The notes under the pieces are model-generated. The model ran no database searches, was not told where the DNA came from, and saw only the letters and a program-made list of their open reading frames with translations. The translations under genes and the position numbers were made by a program. DNA of 64,000 nucleotides, taken from contig CP122380.1 in the NCBI GenBank assembly GCA_024650005.2, positions 1,984,001-2,048,000 of the forward strand, written 5' to 3'. Every line of letters begins with the position of its first letter. Position 1 is the stretch's first letter. This stretch comes from Candidatus Bathyarchaeum tardum (GTDB taxonomy: Archaea; Thermoproteota; Bathyarchaeia; Bathyarchaeales; Bathyarchaeaceae). Below are positions 59,909 to 64,000 of this stretch, piece by piece.

Positions 59909-60973
59909 TCATTTTGCCATACGTATCCAAGCAGATATTTGTTCAATTGTTGGAGCTTCATCTTTAGAAAGCTTTTGTTGAGCAATGTAAATTTTAGCGA
60001 TGTCATTGATTTTTCGGCTAAGCTGAATTAAGTCTTGATCTGCGAGTTGTTTTCGTGATTTTACGTCACTTTCTATTAACAACTCAGCGTCAATTGGATC
60101 TACACCAGGAACCATCATCAACTGAGCAGTCGCCTGAAGATTCTCAGCCATTTCATGAGAAACACGAGTTTTCTCGCCAATCACCACGGGGTCTGTTGTA
60201 AGAAACTCACCAACAGAATTTATTCCAAGCGCCCGCAACTCTTTACCAAGAGCTGGACCGATTCCTTTGATGTCTTCAGGATTATCAATGCTTCTGAGTT
60301 TAGCCTGATTAGGAACCATAGTTCCCTCAATCTGTTCAAGCCGACTTTTAATCTCTTCAAACTCTACACGTTGAGCCTTCAAAGAAGCAGCACTTTCTTC
60401 ACTTAACCGTTTAACCCCATTTAGAATCGCTTCTTGTTTTTTGAGATCAGCAGACATCTTTTCTCCAGTTTCAACAGCTTTGGTCTCTATTACAGAAACA
60501 ACATCATTACAAATCTTCTTGACAGCTTTGCCCTGGGACGCCAAAAGAGAAGCCATCTCTTTAGTGTTCTCTTGCAAATCCATGGTAACCTTACTAAAGA
60601 ACTGATGATTCACTTTTTTGTCATAATCCATGCGCTCAACTAATTCATTTGTTGAAGCTTCTTGGGCATTACGAAGGGCAGCCAAGTTCCCTCCAACTTT
60701 CAACAACAACTTGACGATTTCGGGGTCTGGAGGCTGCTTCATGTAAATTAGAATACAAGTTAATCCCAACAAAGCAAAAGTTACTGCTACAGATATCCAC
60801 AAATAAGTTTCTACACTTAGCGAACCAAAAATGCCTCCTACAAGGTACGGAACTACAGTTGTTCCAGTTCCTTCATTTATCAACAAAACAGCCATAGAAA
60901 ATGAAGACAATATCGCTAAAAAAGTCACGAAGGCAGATAGCCATACAATTATACCTCTCTTGGAAATCATCAA
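59909..60973 (-). CDS. Membrane-anchored coiled-coil protein with helix-hairpin-helix/DUF4332-like C-terminus
   Basis: Two TM helices, coiled coil, DIKGIGP..L...GI and VPGV...AELL...WIRMAK. Confidence 0.75.
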   Translation of the reverse strand: MMISKRGIIVWLSAFVTFLAILSSFSMAVLLINEGTGTTVVPYLVGGIFGSLSVETYLWISVAVTFALLGLTCILIYMKQPPDPEIVKLLLKVGGNLAALRNAQEASTNELVERMDYDKKVNHQFFSKVTMDLQENTKEMASLLASQGKAVKKICNDVVSVIETKAVETGEKMSADLKKQEAILNGVKRLSEESAASLKAQRVEFEEIKSRLEQIEGTMVPNQAKLRSIDNPEDIKGIGPALGKELRALGINSVGEFLTTDPVVIGEKTRVSHEMAENLQATAQLMMVPGVDPIDAELLIESDVKSRKQLADQDLIQLSRKINDIAKIYIAQQKLSKDEAPTIEQISAWIRMAK

Positions 60974-61207
60974 CGTAACACCTTATTTTTGTAACATTAT
61001 TAACCAGGGGGAGACGCCTGTAGATTTCTGGAGGTTTTTCTTTGAAAGTATTATGAAGACATAATACATAGCAATAATCCAAATTAAACCTCAGTTACCA
61101 ACTTGTTTCACTGGCCAACAACAGTAACTAGTATATATTAAGATTTAATAAACATTTTCTTGTAACCAAAACAAAAAAAGGATAGAGCCTAAAAACCAAC
61201 AAAATAA

Positions 61208-62719
61208 CTAGAGTCCTTGCTTGAGTCTCCGATAAGTGTGATAATCCACATACTCTAGGTTTTCATTTTCAATCTGATGATTAACCGTAAACTTTTGCCG
61301 ATTTCTTTTCTCCAATATTTGGCTTGTCGTCAAGAAAGAATATGCATCGCTTCCAGCCCCAGAACCATAACTAGTAAGAACAATTCGCTCATCTGGTTTT
61401 GCAATATCTAGAACTGCAGCTAAACCTATGGGGGCAGCTCCTGAGTACGTATTTCCAAAGTTAGTGACTTTTATACTAGGCAAGTATTGTTCTTCTTTGA
61501 ATCCTAGTTGTTTTGCAATTTTAACTGGAAAACTGGGATTAGGTTGATGAGGGACAAAATAGTCTACGTCATCTATTGTAAGGCTAAGTTGTTCCATTAG
61601 TTTTTTGCATGCTTTTTGGACATGTTTAAAGTATGCAGGTTTTCCTGTGAATCTGCCTCCGTGTCGAGGGTAAGCTTGCATGTCACGCCTCCAAAAGTCT
61701 GGAGTATCAGAAGTACATGAGTACCATCCTTCAACTTCAGCGATGATGTCTTGCATTCCAAAAATGAAGGCAGCACCACCAAAACCAACGAAGTGATCTA
61801 GTTCTCCGCCTATCTCGTTTCTGGGAGCAGATTGAGAATTATCTGAACCGATAGCCATTGCATAAGAAATGTTACTTTTTGGATAATGAACAAGGGCTGA
61901 AGCATCTTTGAACATGCTTGTAGCAGCTTTGCAAGCAAATTCTGTGTCCACGGCATCGATGCTTTGGACAAAATCTGCTTTTTCTTCTTTGCCTAGTTTT
62001 AGTACTTGGGCTACTTTAGAAGCAATTGGATTAACAGCATATGGATTTGACTCAGACCCAACGTAAACTTTTCCAATATTTTGGTTGTCTACACCTGAAT
62101 GGATTAGAGCCATTTTTCCGGCTTCTACTGCTGCAGTAACTGCATCTTCATCAATAAAGGGAACCGAGCGTTCCATTTTTCCTTCTTTGATTCTGAATTT
62201 TGAAGTGTAAACACCATACCCAACGATTCCGGGTGTTTGATATTGTTTTTTAGGTTTGTAAATTTCATACTTTTGATAAGGATAGTATCCATCTGCAACA
62301 GAAAAAGCTAAAGACACGGTAGGAATAACATCGCTTTCTCCTACAGTGTATCTTCTTCGGAATCGGGGAACAACATTTTTTCCGTCAAAACAAGAAATGT
62401 CTTCTTTTTTGCCATTAATCAAAATGTCAGTTAATCGTCCAGGAACACGGATTTTTCCGCTGTGAAATGCAACAATCCCGTAAAAGTATGAACCCATTTT
62501 GACGAACCGATTAGTGGGTTGACTTACAATAGTAGAAACTTCAAGGCTGCCTTGGTCGTAGAAGAAGTCGATGTCTTTCATCTTTCCGAAACTTTTTCGC
62601 CCACAACTGCCACAGTAGTTTTTGCCACGGAAGTATTCCTTTTCACATATAGTGCATAGGCTACCTCGGAGTCTGTCTCCAATATATGAAACACGCCGCT
62701 CTATAGGTTCACTGCTCAA
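61208..62719 (-). CDS. DUF35 (zinc ribbon/OB) domain fused to archaeal HMG-CoA synthase
   Basis: N-terminal CTIC...CGSCG plus OB fold; GIVGYG, GSES, EFACKAAT, TPDFWRR, PHQPN, GNTYSG, SYGSGAGSD. Confidence 0.9.
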   Translation of the reverse strand: MSSEPIERRVSYIGDRLRGSLCTICEKEYFRGKNYCGSCGRKSFGKMKDIDFFYDQGSLEVSTIVSQPTNRFVKMGSYFYGIVAFHSGKIRVPGRLTDILINGKKEDISCFDGKNVVPRFRRRYTVGESDVIPTVSLAFSVADGYYPYQKYEIYKPKKQYQTPGIVGYGVYTSKFRIKEGKMERSVPFIDEDAVTAAVEAGKMALIHSGVDNQNIGKVYVGSESNPYAVNPIASKVAQVLKLGKEEKADFVQSIDAVDTEFACKAATSMFKDASALVHYPKSNISYAMAIGSDNSQSAPRNEIGGELDHFVGFGGAAFIFGMQDIIAEVEGWYSCTSDTPDFWRRDMQAYPRHGGRFTGKPAYFKHVQKACKKLMEQLSLTIDDVDYFVPHQPNPSFPVKIAKQLGFKEEQYLPSIKVTNFGNTYSGAAPIGLAAVLDIAKPDERIVLTSYGSGAGSDAYSFLTTSQILEKRNRQKFTVNHQIENENLEYVDYHTYRRLKQGL

Positions 62720-63924
62720 TTTGTGTTCCTCCCTAAAATGTGGATGTAAGCTTTCGTACCAAAGCCTTCTAATTCTGAAACAAGACCCAGTTTTGGCAGT
62801 TCTCCATTTATTTTTACTTGTCGGCTATCTGCATCTCCTCTTAACTGTTTAACAATTTCAAAGATTTGGGCACCTCCTGTAGCACCCAAGGGATTGCCGT
62901 CGGCTTTTAGACCACCATTTAAGTTCACGAAGAGTTTTCGACCATCTATTTCGTAGAAGTTTTTGTAGTCGTGACAACTGTTGTAGATGTCAAGCCATGC
63001 TTTTCCTTTCTTGCAAAAACCAAGGTCTTCTAACGAAAGCATTTCTAGAAGGGTTGATTGGTCATACAATTGAGTCAGTTGAATGTCAGCTACATTGACG
63101 TTAGCTTGTTTGATAGCAGTTTCCATGGCTAAAGTATTTGCTGTGAATCCAGTTCGGTTTTGTCGTGAAGGAAAAGTGATATAATCAGTAGCTGAAGCAG
63201 AACCTAATACATAAACAGGAATTTTTGAACATTTTTTTGCTGCTTTAGGGCTTGCAATAATTAGGGCAGATGCACCATCAGAAACAGGGGCAAAATCAAA
63301 TAATCCTAAGGATTTACAGGTGTTATTTCGCGCATTTGTAACTGTGTCCAATGTTATGGGGCTTGTGTATTGAGCAAAAGGGTTTTTAGTGGCGTTTTGA
63401 TGGTTTTTTACAGAGATTTGTGCAAGAGCAGTGTACAGTTTTTCTAGTTGTTCTCCAGTTATTCCGTATTTTTTGATGTAGCCTTTGAGTAAAAGGTCAT
63501 GATTTGCTTCGGGAGTGCAACCCGCGTAGTAGCTCCATGGATCTTCGAGGAGCATAAGGTCATCTCTGATTTTGTCCCATCTGTCGGTCATTTTTTCCAT
63601 GCCACCGACTAGGACGATATTGTATTTTCCTGCTTGAATTGCGTGGCAAGCATTCAAAAGTGCTGAACTGAAGGAACGGGTTTTTTCCATGGGAACATGA
63701 AGTTCCAAAAGCTCGGAAAAGAAACCTTCTTCTAATCCGATTTTGTTTGTGACTTGAAGAAAGTAATCTGAAAGATAACAGGCATCCAATTCTTTTCTTG
63801 TAACGCCCGCAGAATCTAATGCTTGGAGTCCAGCTTCGTCGATTAAAGACTCTGGGTCTTTTTCGTAATGTTCTCCAAATTTTGTCCTGCCGACTCCGAT
63901 AATAGCAGGGTTTTGTGAGTTCAT
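62716..63924 (-). CDS. Thiolase-fold protein lacking the canonical catalytic residues
   Basis: IIGVGRTKFG, VGGMEKM, VKNHQNA..NP.A, PVSDGASA, NLNGGLKADGNPLGATG; no xACAS Cys motif, GHP replaced by GNP. Confidence 0.85.
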   Translation of the reverse strand: MNSQNPAIIGVGRTKFGEHYEKDPESLIDEAGLQALDSAGVTRKELDACYLSDYFLQVTNKIGLEEGFFSELLELHVPMEKTRSFSSALLNACHAIQAGKYNIVLVGGMEKMTDRWDKIRDDLMLLEDPWSYYAGCTPEANHDLLLKGYIKKYGITGEQLEKLYTALAQISVKNHQNATKNPFAQYTSPITLDTVTNARNNTCKSLGLFDFAPVSDGASALIIASPKAAKKCSKIPVYVLGSASATDYITFPSRQNRTGFTANTLAMETAIKQANVNVADIQLTQLYDQSTLLEMLSLEDLGFCKKGKAWLDIYNSCHDYKNFYEIDGRKLFVNLNGGLKADGNPLGATGGAQIFEIVKQLRGDADSRQVKINGELPKLGLVSELEGFGTKAYIHILGRNTN

Positions 63925-64000
63925 AAATTCAACGGCCTCGTTTAGTGGGATTGTATTTTTGCAAATAACATCCTTTAAAGAGTTATCCTTCTCCACGGCT

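Overview
Gene-dense archaeal chromosomal segment, most consistent with Bathyarchaeia (inferred from rps26e, archaeal ThrS/ProS, a C-terminally anchored PQQ-like propeller paired with TrmB, a NosD/PEF-CTERM surface protein and a BHB-type tRNA intron). Housekeeping genes (ilvE, thrS, rps26e, proS, rpsJ, archease, ilvC, rpiA, tRNA-Met, tRNA-Ser) alternate with accessory patches. A large metal-homeostasis block holds feoA-feoA-feoB-feoC, DtxR with TTAGG-N4-CCTAA boxes, an atypical cluster-A-I ABC transporter, a ferritin-like protein and CopB. No CRISPR, rRNA, integrase or intact transposase was seen. The most notable signals are: (1) an unannotated ~135-nt five-way-junction RNA between a TATA box and the dodecin gene; (2) a DUF35-HMG-CoA synthase fusion co-encoded with a thiolase that lacks its catalytic Cys and His; (3) a tRNA-Ser-adjacent two-gene module with a C39-like protease ending in a PIP-box-like motif; (4) a tRNA-Met with a non-canonical 45/46 intron; (5) a metal-binding protein lacking the His ligands; and (6) several frameshifted genes missed or truncated by the ORF track. 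All family calls are from motif recognition by eye; no searches were run.
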